The notes under the pieces are model-generated. The model was not told where the DNA came from. It did not search any database and saw nothing but the letters and a program-made list of their open reading frames with translations. A program made the translations under genes and the position numbers. This document shows, piece by piece, positions 21,137 through 29,312 of a stretch of 64,000 bases of DNA (positions are counted from its first letter, which is position 1; every line of letters begins with the position of its first letter). Origin of the DNA: Acidimicrobiia bacterium (GTDB lineage: Bacteria > Actinomycetota > Acidimicrobiia > Spongiisociales > ZC4RG35); the NCBI GenBank assembly GCA_965203555.1, contig CBDBCY010000004.1, positions 448,001 to 512,000 on the forward strand, in the 5' to 3' direction.

Positions 21137-22252
21137 ATGCCGTCTGCTGATCCAATCCGGTCCATTCGAAGGCTTGCCGTCCTGACCTCGGGAGGGGACG
21201 CTCCCGGCATGAACGCCGCGATCGTGTCAGTGGTGAAGGTGGCGGCGAGGGCCGGCGTAGAAGTGGTGGGGGTGGAGGATGGTTACGAAGGGCTGATCAA
21301 CGGCGACCTGCGGCCTCTCGTTGAACCAGGTTCACAGACCGGAGCACTGGCGCCGATCCCGGAGTTGACCGGCGTGGGAGGTCAAGGGGGAACCATACTG
21401 GGAACGGCCCGCTGCCCGCGTTTTCAGGATCCCACCTATCGGGCCCTTGCCGCGCAGTCGCTGCGGGAAGCCGGCGTAGAGGGACTGGTGGTCATTGGTG
21501 GAAATGGTTCGATGGCGGGCGCCCATGCCTTGTGGTCGGAGCACAGGCTGCCCACCGTGGGTATTCCCGCCTCGATCGACAATGATATCGGACACACCCG
21601 AGAGGCCCTGGGGGTGGACACAGCCCTCAACACCATCGTGGAGGCCTGCGATCGCATCAGTGACACAGCCAGATCTCACCGCCGAGCTTTCGTCGTGGAA
21701 GTAATGGGGCGCGACTGCGGATATCTTGCTTTGGCGGGAGCAGTCGCAACTCGGGCCGATGCAGTTCTCCTTCCCGAGAAGAATCCCGAGCGTCACCAGG
21801 TCTTGAAGAAGCTGGAAACCATAGTCCGGCATCGACTCTCGGACCATCGGGAGAAGAAAAAGGTGCTGATCCTCAAGGCTGAAGGTGTCAAGATCCCCAC
21901 CCCAACCCTGGTGACCGATCTTGCATCGGCGGTCTCGGATATGGAGGATGTCGAGGTGAGAGCAACCGTGTTGGGACACATCGTCCGTGGAGGTGACCCC
22001 ACATTTCGTGACAGATTGCTGGCCAGTCGATTCGCTCTGGTGGCAGTTCAGTCGATTCTGGCCGGGGAGTCAGGCGTCATGGTCTGCTGGTCGGTATCCG
22101 GTCGGGGAAAGGCAACCAGTGATGCATTCGTGAGGCTTCTGTCGCTTGATTCCGTGCTGCTAGAAACCATGTCGCTGACCGAGGGAACATCCGATCTCCA
22201 GAATGAGCGGATCCAGCGTCTGGGTGCAATCCATGGCGTACTTGCATTCTGA
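21137..22252 (+). CDS. pfkA: 6-Phosphofructokinase
   Basis: TSGGDAPGMNA, GGTILGTAR, IGGNGS, SIDND, EVMGR, LGHIVRGG. Confidence 0.93.
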   Translation: MPSADPIRSIRRLAVLTSGGDAPGMNAAIVSVVKVAARAGVEVVGVEDGYEGLINGDLRPLVEPGSQTGALAPIPELTGVGGQGGTILGTARCPRFQDPTYRALAAQSLREAGVEGLVVIGGNGSMAGAHALWSEHRLPTVGIPASIDNDIGHTREALGVDTALNTIVEACDRISDTARSHRRAFVVEVMGRDCGYLALAGAVATRADAVLLPEKNPERHQVLKKLETIVRHRLSDHREKKKVLILKAEGVKIPTPTLVTDLASAVSDMEDVEVRATVLGHIVRGGDPTFRDRLLASRFALVAVQSILAGESGVMVCWSVSGRGKATSDAFVRLLSLDSVLLETMSLTEGTSDLQNERIQRLGAIHGVLAF

Positions 22253-22355
22253 AGCCTGCCGGTAACGGTCAGCACGGTATGTGCGTCTTATAGGAGGCCT
22301 AGGCAGCGGGTTCCAGGACCAGGGCGCCTGACAGCTCCAGGGAGCCACCCGATGT

Positions 22356-22433
22356 ATGGCGGGCAAGATGCAGGCTCATCTGGCAATGATCCAGGGCGTG
22401 GTCAACCGCTTGGCGCAAAGTTCCTTCCTCCTA
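22356..22433 (+). pseudogene. N-terminal remnant of a small membrane protein (HL.MIQGVVNRLAQSSFLL motif)
   Basis: Resembles the HLE.IQ.VI.R.A.NSFL.KGW start of small TM proteins; the similarity stops abruptly after FLL. Confidence 0.4.
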
Positions 22434-22529
22434 GCGGCACCTTCCGCTTACGCTGGGAACGGCCACCGAGTGGACTATCAGGGCGATAGGACAGCGAATA
22501 GGCGCAGGCTGAACTACCGGGAAACGGTG

Positions 22530-22535
22530 TATGCT
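22530..22535 (+). promoter_or_regulatory. Putative -10 element (TATGCT) of a leaderless transcript for module A
   Basis: TATGCT ends 8 nt before ATG 22544; no SD sequence. Confidence 0.45.
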
Positions 22536-22543
22536 GTGGGTTT

Positions 22544-22876
22544 ATGGGCAGACCATCTGCGGATACTCTCTCCGCAGGACTCGCCGGCAACATATCAGAA
22601 GCCGAACTCCGAAAAGGGATGGGCGAGTACTCTGATCGCATTACCGACAGCGGGCCTTTCGCCTCGGGGGACACACTGTTCGCTGTGGGGCATCACACAG
22701 AAGACAGGGATGCGTGGTTTGATATCCTCACTGTCACCACGGACGACATCATGCGAGAGTGCGGCATTCCCGAGGAGGAGAGAGAGGAACAGAGATCGCT
22801 GAACCGCTCCTACGCAAGGCTTTTTCTTCGGTTCCACAACGGACCGGAAAGGACCGTCCCTCTGTTAGAGGACTGA
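22544..22876 (+). CDS. Hypothetical protein, module A gene 1 (paralog of 25479-25874)
   Basis: Shares H.....D...V..D....CGIP...RE.....R.Y......H......PLL[ED][ED] with the 25479-25874 product. Confidence 0.75.
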   Translation: MGRPSADTLSAGLAGNISEAELRKGMGEYSDRITDSGPFASGDTLFAVGHHTEDRDAWFDILTVTTDDIMRECGIPEEEREEQRSLNRSYARLFLRFHNGPERTVPLLED

Positions 22877-22895
22877 GAGCGGAAGGGGGACATTA

Positions 22896-23200
22896 GTGCC
22901 TCCCTACATGTACTGGCCATCTAAATACGCGGAGTTCGATTTCGATGAGGAGTCTGCTTCAAGAACCGCGTGTCGGGAAGCGACATCTTCTATGTTCTTT
23001 CCCTACCACCGAGAATGGTGCGTAGGTCCAGGGGCGAACCGTCGGCATACGATGTGATATACAGTGGCGGGAGGATGATCGCCCGACCGACCATAGCTGT
23101 GGGGGAACTTCCTGCGGGCCATCTTCTCGAAGTGGGGTTTCGTAGAGACTTTCGCCAACGGGGAGAGGTGTGCTACGTGTTCCACGCTCGCTATCGCTAG
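22896..23200 (+). pseudogene. BrnT/RelE-like toxin-fold gene, module A gene 2, frameshifted near 22953
   Basis: SD GGAAGGGGG then GTG 22896 gives MPPYMYWPSKYAEFDFDEES; continues in another frame as FKNRVSGSDIFYVL...LLEVGFRRD...CYVFHARYR. Confidence 0.6.
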
Positions 23201-23259
23201 GAAACTGCCTGGTCAAGGGGAGTTGAGTACCGACCGGGTGGTGGATGCTCCTATGTTTG

Positions 23260-24483
23260 TCAAATCCGGGTTTGGTGGGGGGTGTGGGTGGTGAGCCAGT
23301 GTTGGTATTGGGTGGCGAGTTGGTGGTTGTGGTATTGGCCTCGTTCGAGTTGTGAGAGGCGGGTTGGGTGGCTGTGGAGGGCTGTGGCGGCGCGAGCGAG
23401 GGTGATCTGGTGTTTTTGGCGTAGGCAGCGGAGATGGGGGCCGTGGGGTGTTTGGGGCGGGTCGGTCAACAGTCGGTAGACCTGGCGGGCGATGTACCGT
23501 TTCAAAGAGCGGATGATCTCTTTTCGGGTTTTTCCTTCCGCTTGTCGCCTTTGGACGTATTCGATGGTTGGTTGGTCCCAGCGCATTCGGATGGTGGCGA
23601 TGCGCCAGAGGGCGTTGTTGGCGTGGCGGTCGCCGCCGCGGTTGAGTCGGTGACGCACTATGCGTCCCGACGACGCCTGGACGGGGCTTGCGCCGCAGAG
23701 GGCGGCGAACGACGCTTCTGTGCGCATGCGGTGGGGGTTGTCACCTGCTGTGACCAGCAGAGCGGCTGCGGTGTTTGGGCCGATCCCCGCCGTGGCCAGC
23801 AGTGCCGGGTTGGCCCGGGCGCAGAGCTGTTTGATTTCGGTGTCGAGTTGTTGGATCTCCGAAGTGAGCGCCTGATGTCGGCGGGCCAGCAGGCGCAGTG
23901 TTTTCTTGGCATAGGCGACGGTGGTCTGAGCTGTGCCGGGACGATAAGCCGAGCAGACTTTCACGCGGGCTGTGGGGGACAGTCCCCCGAGTTGGTGTTT
24001 GACCTGGTCGGGAGCGGTGACCACCAGGGCGTGCAGTTGGTTGATGGCCTGGGTACGGGCCTTGGCCGCTGAACGACGAGCCACAGACAGCATCCTGATC
24101 GCTTCGACTGGTCCATTCCCGCTTTTGGGTGTCCCGGTGGCCTGCCCGCTCAGGACAGCCCGTGCCGCTGCTTGGGCGTCGGTGGCGTCGGTCTTACCCC
24201 ATCGGCGGCGCAGCTGGCGGTTGGGACGATTCACTTCCACCACCTCGACACCGATGCTCACAAGGTGGCGGGCCAGGCCGGCGCCGTAGCTGCCGGTGCC
24301 CTCTATCCCAACTTGGGCAACGTTGCCGTGTGACCCCAGCCAGGCGCCCAGCTGGCCATAACCGGCTGGGTCGGCGCTGAACGATGCCGTGCCCAACACT
24401 CGACCGGTGGCATCCACCACCGCGGCGACATGAACATCACGGTGGGTGTCCACCCCACCAAACACAACCTGATCCTCTGACAC
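23260..24483 (-). CDS. IS110 recombinase (DEDD RuvC-like + Tnp domain) with an extra C-terminal HTH
   Basis: GGVDTH, GIEGTGSYG, GKTDATDA, G..P.QASSG, LNRGGDRHAN.AL, LKRYIAR; SD GAAGGAGAGG before GTG 24483. Confidence 0.95.
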   Translation of the reverse strand: MSEDQVVFGGVDTHRDVHVAAVVDATGRVLGTASFSADPAGYGQLGAWLGSHGNVAQVGIEGTGSYGAGLARHLVSIGVEVVEVNRPNRQLRRRWGKTDATDAQAAARAVLSGQATGTPKSGNGPVEAIRMLSVARRSAAKARTQAINQLHALVVTAPDQVKHQLGGLSPTARVKVCSAYRPGTAQTTVAYAKKTLRLLARRHQALTSEIQQLDTEIKQLCARANPALLATAGIGPNTAAALLVTAGDNPHRMRTEASFAALCGASPVQASSGRIVRHRLNRGGDRHANNALWRIATIRMRWDQPTIEYVQRRQAEGKTRKEIIRSLKRYIARQVYRLLTDPPQTPHGPHLRCLRQKHQITLARAATALHSHPTRLSQLERGQYHNHQLATQYQHWLTTHTPHQTRI

Positions 24484-24529
24484 AGCTTCCTCTCCTTCAA
24501 AGTAGAATCCGTTTCTGTTCTCCCTGACC

Positions 24530-24703
24530 CGAAAAAGCGGTTGGACGGACCACTCAAGTGGCAAAGAGCAAGGCTCCTATCAGGTCACAGCCGCCCTGTC
24601 GGGAGAGCACCGCCCCCAGGCCGGAAGCCGGCCGACAGATCCACCAAAAGGCACAACCGGCCAGGTTAGGTTCGAGTCAGACCCGCCCCGGCCTAGGGGC
24701 ACC
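24530..24703 (-). ncRNA. Predicted IS110 bridge RNA (target-binding and donor-binding loops); ends approximate
   Basis: Contains AACCTAACC (24664-72) and TGGTGG (24641-46) matching the reconstructed target, plus ATAGGAGC (24573-80) and TGAGTGG (24550-56) matching the circle junction. Confidence 0.85.
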
Positions 24704-25034
24704 TATAAGTATGAGTGGGTTAGGTTGACTGTTTTGCCCGGTTCTGTGGTCACCGGTGGAGGTTCCCACCCCCCTGACATACACGACACGCAAAAGGAAG
24801 GGGGTTCTTTGTTCACGACACCTTTCGTCGCTTTGCCACCTGTGGCGTTCAGCAAGAGGCCTCATCACCGCTGAGCGGTAGATACGTTCGACCACAGCGA
24901 ACTCGGTGAACGAGTGTCCGTCGGAGGTCCACCCGAACAGGTCCCGGTTCTTGATCTGAGCGACCGCCCTTGCAAATAGGTCTCGCTCCGGACCCTCGGG
25001 AGCGTCACTGATCGCCCTGGCAAGTCCGTGAAAG

Positions 25035-25450
25035 TCACAGTTGTTTACGTCCTCTGCGTCTCCGGCGGCCTGCGCTGGGTTTGCTCATAGCGTGGAACAC
25101 GATGCACCGCGGAAGGACTCGACTCTCTCTTCGGCATTTCTCTTGCCACTTCTCGCTCAAATCCTGCCGTAAAGCGATTTCGATCAAGGAGTTCTCGTTC
25201 TTCAACACCATGGCGTATGTGGCGAATGTTTGGTAGAAGTCGTCAGCGTCCGGGTCTGGGTCGTCGGCGTTGAATGCGACAGTATCTCGCGGGTCTTGTT
25301 CCATGACCCACCTAATTTCGTTCTCTGTAATGCCCCACCAACGCGCGGTGGGCAAAATGTCCAGCCTGACGGTTTCCGGATGAGGCCAGAAAAGGCCCTG
25401 ATAGTGAACTACCGGTCGAGGATCGTCATAGCAAGATACGGATCTTCCAC
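25035..25450 (-). pseudogene. BrnT/RelE-like toxin-fold gene, module B gene 2; true start unclear
   Basis: Frame open from 25478: ..GLFWPHPETVRLDILPTARWWGITENEIRWVM...LIEIALRQD...CIVFHAMSK; the first canonical in-frame start (TTG 25355) lies inside the homologous region. Confidence 0.6.
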
Positions 25451-25478
25451 GATACTGACCGTGTTGAGAAGTAAAGCG

Positions 25479-25874
25479 TTATTCGTCTAAAAGGGGAATG
25501 TGATTAGGGACGTCATGCTTGTCCCAGTGCAGAATCCTTCCCAGCAGGTAGGTCCGGTAGCAGTCAAGGGCTGCTTCTCTCTGATGGTCGGGAATTCCGC
25601 ACATCTCCACCAGTTCATCCTCAGAGACAACAAACAGATCAACTGTGACAAGGTCGCCGGTTTCGCGATGGGGAATCCCCAACAACCCACTGGGCGGATT
25701 CTTAGCGACGATGTCCCTGTAATAATCGAAACCAGGGGGGTAAAACCGCGAGTCTGTTTCTGTATCGGCCTCTTGGATTCCCGGCGATTCGTCGGTTACC
25801 GAAGGACTGGCAGGCAACCAGCCGCCCCCCGCACTTCTCCCAGTCACGGTGCCGCTACGGTGTTCCAAAGCCAT
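25479..25874 (-). CDS. Hypothetical protein, module B gene 1 (paralog of 22544-22876)
   Basis: C-terminal half aligns with the 22544 ORF (CGIP..RE, R.Y, terminal PLLDE vs PLLED). Confidence 0.75.
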   Translation of the reverse strand: MALEHRSGTVTGRSAGGGWLPASPSVTDESPGIQEADTETDSRFYPPGFDYYRDIVAKNPPSGLLGIPHRETGDLVTVDLFVVSEDELVEMCGIPDHQREAALDCYRTYLLGRILHWDKHDVPNHIPLLDE

Positions 25875-25882
25875 CGGTTCCC

Positions 25883-25888
25883 ATTATA
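25883..25888 (-). promoter_or_regulatory. Consensus -10 element (TATAAT) of a leaderless transcript for module B
   Basis: TATAAT ends 8 nt before ATG 25874, the same spacing as in module A. Confidence 0.55.
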
Positions 25889-26130
25889 AGCCGGGACTGC
25901 ATTGGCGAAGCCCGCTCCATCCGCACGGAAGGATCCCCCGCACACCACCCGAGCGATGACCTCTCCTTTTCCCAGTCGCCGAAGTGCCAGATGTGCGGTG
26001 CCCTCCACTGCGCCCCCACCGTGGCGGGGTTCCACACACCCCTGGTCGCCCGTCACCGTGGGCGCCGAACCGGGAAGGTCGGGCCAGATGGGAGGCTCGC
26101 CCGAGGTGGCGGCGCTCAGCTTGTCGGAGT

Positions 26131-26480
26131 GACGAAGAGGTTCTCGATCTGACGAATTGGCACGAGTCCTCAAGTGTTTACTGCATGCCGGATTCCGCCG
26201 ACGCCGGATGTTGACATCACAGACAGCCCTCATCTACACCTACGTCCTATGGCTGATCGGCAAAAGAGACTTCGGAATCGGTATCAAGACCCTACGCGAC
26301 GTCGTGGCACGGTGGTTCTTCATGTCCCACACGACCGGACGCTATACAAGCTCTCCCGAGAGCCGGATCGAATACGACCTGGCCCGCATCAATGACTTGA
26401 AGCCGGGGGACGGGAAAGCCTTCTGCGCCGAGTTGGATCGCATTGTCCGGTCGACCTTCACCGGTGACTACTGGGCAATA
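26131..26480 (+). pseudogene. Internal fragment of a DUF262/GmrSD-like restriction protein
   Basis: EEVLDLTNWHE / LKCLLHAGFR...RWFFMSHTTGRYTSSPESRIEYDL...FTGDYW across a frameshift; no N- or C-terminus. Confidence 0.6.
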
Positions 26481-26504
26481 TCGCAACTCGTGCCGACTTC
26501 CTCG

Positions 26505-26532
26505 TTGTCCCATAAGATATATTACGGGTAAC
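26505..26532 (+). other. Degenerate dif-like site (XerC-type arm + 6 bp + diverged arm)
   Basis: TTGTCCCATAA-GATATA-TTACGGGTAAC; left arm identical to that of the neighbouring site. Confidence 0.5.
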
Positions 26533-26538
26533 CGGCGG

Positions 26539-26566
26539 TTGTCCCATAATAACCGTTATGTTAAGT
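26539..26566 (+). other. XerC/XerD dif-like recombination site
   Basis: TTGTCCCATAA-TAACCG-TTATGTTAAGT: 11-6-11 layout; right arm matches the E. coli XerD arm TTATGTTAAAT at 10/11. Confidence 0.8.
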
Positions 26567-26648
26567 TGCTCAAACTGCCCGTCTATGGCAAACGAGGTAG
26601 GAGGTAGGATGGGCAGACCGACGACGATCGAACCGAGGCGCCCCTTTC

Positions 26649-27398
26649 ATGCCACCCCAGACAACACCCCCGAGTCACATCGCGCTACTGGTCGACGGCG
26701 ACAATGCGCAGCCTTCTCTAATCGAGCCCATATTGACCGAGGTGGCAAAGCACGGCAGTATCAACACCAGGCGCATCTATGGAGACTGGACAACACCGCA
26801 AATGTCCGGGTGGAAAGAAGTGCTGCAAACCTACGCCATCCAACCTATTCAACAGTTCCGGTTTACGGTGGGAAAGAACGCCACCGATAGCGCCTTGATA
26901 ATCGATGCCATGGATCTGCTGCATGCCGGCACGGTGGATGGATTCTGCATAGTGTCCAGCGACAGCGACTACACCAGGTTGGCTACTCGCATACGCGAAG
27001 AGGGACTCTTTGTGATGGGAATAGGCCGCATGCAAACCCCCAGCTCCCTGGTTAACGCCTGTGAAGTGTTTGTCTACACCGAGAATCTCACTTCGTCGGA
27101 GCAAGAACCAGAAGAGCGGGCCACATCCTCACAACCCTCGAAGTGGATCACTACGGTGGGGCTCGCCCTGGAGACAGCCATAGAGACAGGTGTAGATGAA
27201 GACGGCTGGGTGATCCTCAGTATTGTCGGCAGCCAGATCCGCAAACTGGACCCCGCATTCGATCCCCGGACCTACGGATACTCACGCTTGTCGCTCCTCG
27301 TCAAGTCGGAACCCGACAGATTCGAAACCAGCAAAAGGGAGATCCGCGGTCACAAACAACTCTACATAAGAAAGTCGCAGAAAAGAGGCAGACGGTAG
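26649..27398 (+). CDS. NYN domain (LabA/DUF88) protein with C-terminal OST-HTH/LOTUS domain
   Basis: LLVDGDN, RRIYGDW, GKNATDSALIIDAMDLL, VSSDSDYT.LA; FDPRTYGYSRLS.L. Confidence 0.92.
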   Translation: MPPQTTPPSHIALLVDGDNAQPSLIEPILTEVAKHGSINTRRIYGDWTTPQMSGWKEVLQTYAIQPIQQFRFTVGKNATDSALIIDAMDLLHAGTVDGFCIVSSDSDYTRLATRIREEGLFVMGIGRMQTPSSLVNACEVFVYTENLTSSEQEPEERATSSQPSKWITTVGLALETAIETGVDEDGWVILSIVGSQIRKLDPAFDPRTYGYSRLSLLVKSEPDRFETSKREIRGHKQLYIRKSQKRGRR

Positions 27399-27578
27399 AA
27401 GTCCTGTCCCGGGGGGTCGGAATCCAGCAGACGTGACAACACCAAGGGGCATGCTCGCAGTAATCTGCACCGCCCCGTCCTTCACCGCCGACCCTCTCCT
27501 AACCTCCACCGCCTCGCTTTCCTCCTCCAAACTGATCCGGATCCCCCGAAACCGAGGCTCTGCAAAGTCAGGGATCTG

Positions 27579-29222
27579 CTAGGCCGACTCGACTTCGGCG
27601 GCGGTTTCCAGGCCGAGTTCTCCGACCGATATCTCGCGCATCTCCACCTTGCGGACCTTGCCGGTGACGGTCATCGGGAAACCGTCGACAAACTTCACGT
27701 AATGCGGGACCTTGAAATGGGCGATGCGGCCCCGGCAGAAGTCCTTGATCTCCTCCTCGGTGGCTTCGGCGCCTTCCCGCAGTTTGATCCAGGCCATTAC
27801 CTGCTCGCCGTACTTGATGTCGGGTACACCGATTACCTGGACATCCTCGATGGCCGGGTGCCCGTACAGGTATTCCTCGATCTCCCGCGGATAGATATTC
27901 TCGCCTCCCCGGATGATCATGTCCTTGATCCGCCCGACGATGTTCACGTAGCCCTCGAAGTCCATCGTGGCCAGGTCGCCGGTGTGCATCCAGCCCTCGG
28001 CGTCGATCGCATCGGCGGTCCTCTCCGCATCCTTCCAGTAGCCCAGCATGACCGAATAGCCGCGGGTGCACAGTTCGCCGTCCCTCCCCCGCTCCACTGT
28101 CCTGCCGCTGCGGGGATCGATGATCTTGATCTCGACGTGGGGGTGGACGCGGCCGACGGTGGAGACCCGCCTCTCGATGTCGTCCGTGGTCATCGTCTGG
28201 GTTGACACCGGGGATGTCTCGGTCATCCCGTAGGCGATGGTCACTTCTGTCATGTTCATGTCCGAGATGACCTGCTTCATGACCTCCACCGGGCACGGTG
28301 AGCCGGCCATGATCCCGGTGCGAAGAGACGACAGATTGAAGGATTTCAGATCGGGATGGGCAAGCTCGGCGATGAACATGGTGGGCACCCCGTAGAGGCT
28401 CGTGCACCTCTCCCCCTGCACCGCGGTGAGCACCTCCTCCGGATCGAATCCCGGGCCCGGAAGGATGATCGCCGACCCATGGGTGGTGCACGCCAGGGTG
28501 CCCAGCACCATACCGAAGCAGTGGTATAGAGGGACCGGGATGCACACTCGATCCTCTTCGGTGTAGGCGCACGCCTCACCGATGAAGAACGCATTGTTCA
28601 GTATGTTGGAGTGGCTGAGAGTGGCGCCTTTGGGGAACCCCGTGGTACCGGAGGTGTACTGGATGTTGATAGCGTCGTGGTGATGCAGGCCGGCCATCCG
28701 ATCAGACAGGGCGCTTTCCATGCCGTCGTCGGCAGGTTCCATCAGGGCATCCCACTGAGGCGTGCCAAGGAAGATCACCCGCTCAAGACCGCCCAGTTCG
28801 TCCCGGACCTCCGAGACCATGGACCGGTAGTCCGAGGACAGGTGTTTCTGAGCCGAGACCAGTACCCGGCAGCCCGACTGCGCCAGCACATAGCGCACCT
28901 CGTGGGTCCGGTAAGCGGGGTTGATGTTCACCAGGATCACACCGACCTTGGCGGTGGCGTACTGGAGCCACACCCACTCCGCGCAGTTCGGACTCCAGAT
29001 TCCTACCCGGTCACCCACCTGCAGGCCGAGACGGAGCAAACCCATCGCCAACCGGTCGACCGATTCGTCGAAGGCTCTATAGCTCTGGCGAATTCCCTGG
29101 TGCATCGAGACCAGGGCGTCCCTGTCCGGGAACCGGGCGACCATCGACTGGAGGTTCTGACCGATGGTCTCCTGCAATAGGGGTGTCTTTGTGTCACCAC
29201 TTGCGTACGCTAAGGTCGGCAT
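27579..29222 (-). CDS. AMP-binding acyl-CoA synthetase
   Basis: [52 protein letters not shown]. Confidence 0.93.
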   Translation of the reverse strand: MPTLAYASGDTKTPLLQETIGQNLQSMVARFPDRDALVSMHQGIRQSYRAFDESVDRLAMGLLRLGLQVGDRVGIWSPNCAEWVWLQYATAKVGVILVNINPAYRTHEVRYVLAQSGCRVLVSAQKHLSSDYRSMVSEVRDELGGLERVIFLGTPQWDALMEPADDGMESALSDRMAGLHHHDAINIQYTSGTTGFPKGATLSHSNILNNAFFIGEACAYTEEDRVCIPVPLYHCFGMVLGTLACTTHGSAIILPGPGFDPEEVLTAVQGERCTSLYGVPTMFIAELAHPDLKSFNLSSLRTGIMAGSPCPVEVMKQVISDMNMTEVTIAYGMTETSPVSTQTMTTDDIERRVSTVGRVHPHVEIKIIDPRSGRTVERGRDGELCTRGYSVMLGYWKDAERTADAIDAEGWMHTGDLATMDFEGYVNIVGRIKDMIIRGGENIYPREIEEYLYGHPAIEDVQVIGVPDIKYGEQVMAWIKLREGAEATEEEIKDFCRGRIAHFKVPHYVKFVDGFPMTVTGKVRKVEMREISVGELGLETAAEVESA

Positions 29223-29312
29223 GTCGCTCTCCCGATCCGATGACCTCTCAGGGCACTATATCAGCATGTGGAGAACAGTACATACCACGTTCGTCTTAAG
29301 CTCCCGGTGTCA

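Larger units (their letters stand above)
23241..24718 (-). mobile_element. Complete IS110-family element (bridge recombinase)
   Basis: No terminal IRs; CCAC (- strand) present at both junctions (23241-23244, 24715-24718); right end TTGACAAACATAGGAGCAT; about 230-nt non-coding left end. Confidence 0.92.

Noticed and set aside
22356-22802. 148-aa ORF as a real gene
   Set aside because: Only the first 26 aa look protein-like; the remainder overlaps the better-supported 22544 ORF in another frame.
26504-26549. GTTGTCCCATAA repeated at 34-bp spacing as a possible mini-CRISPR
   Set aside because: Only two 12-bp copies and no cas genes; better explained as Xer-binding arms.
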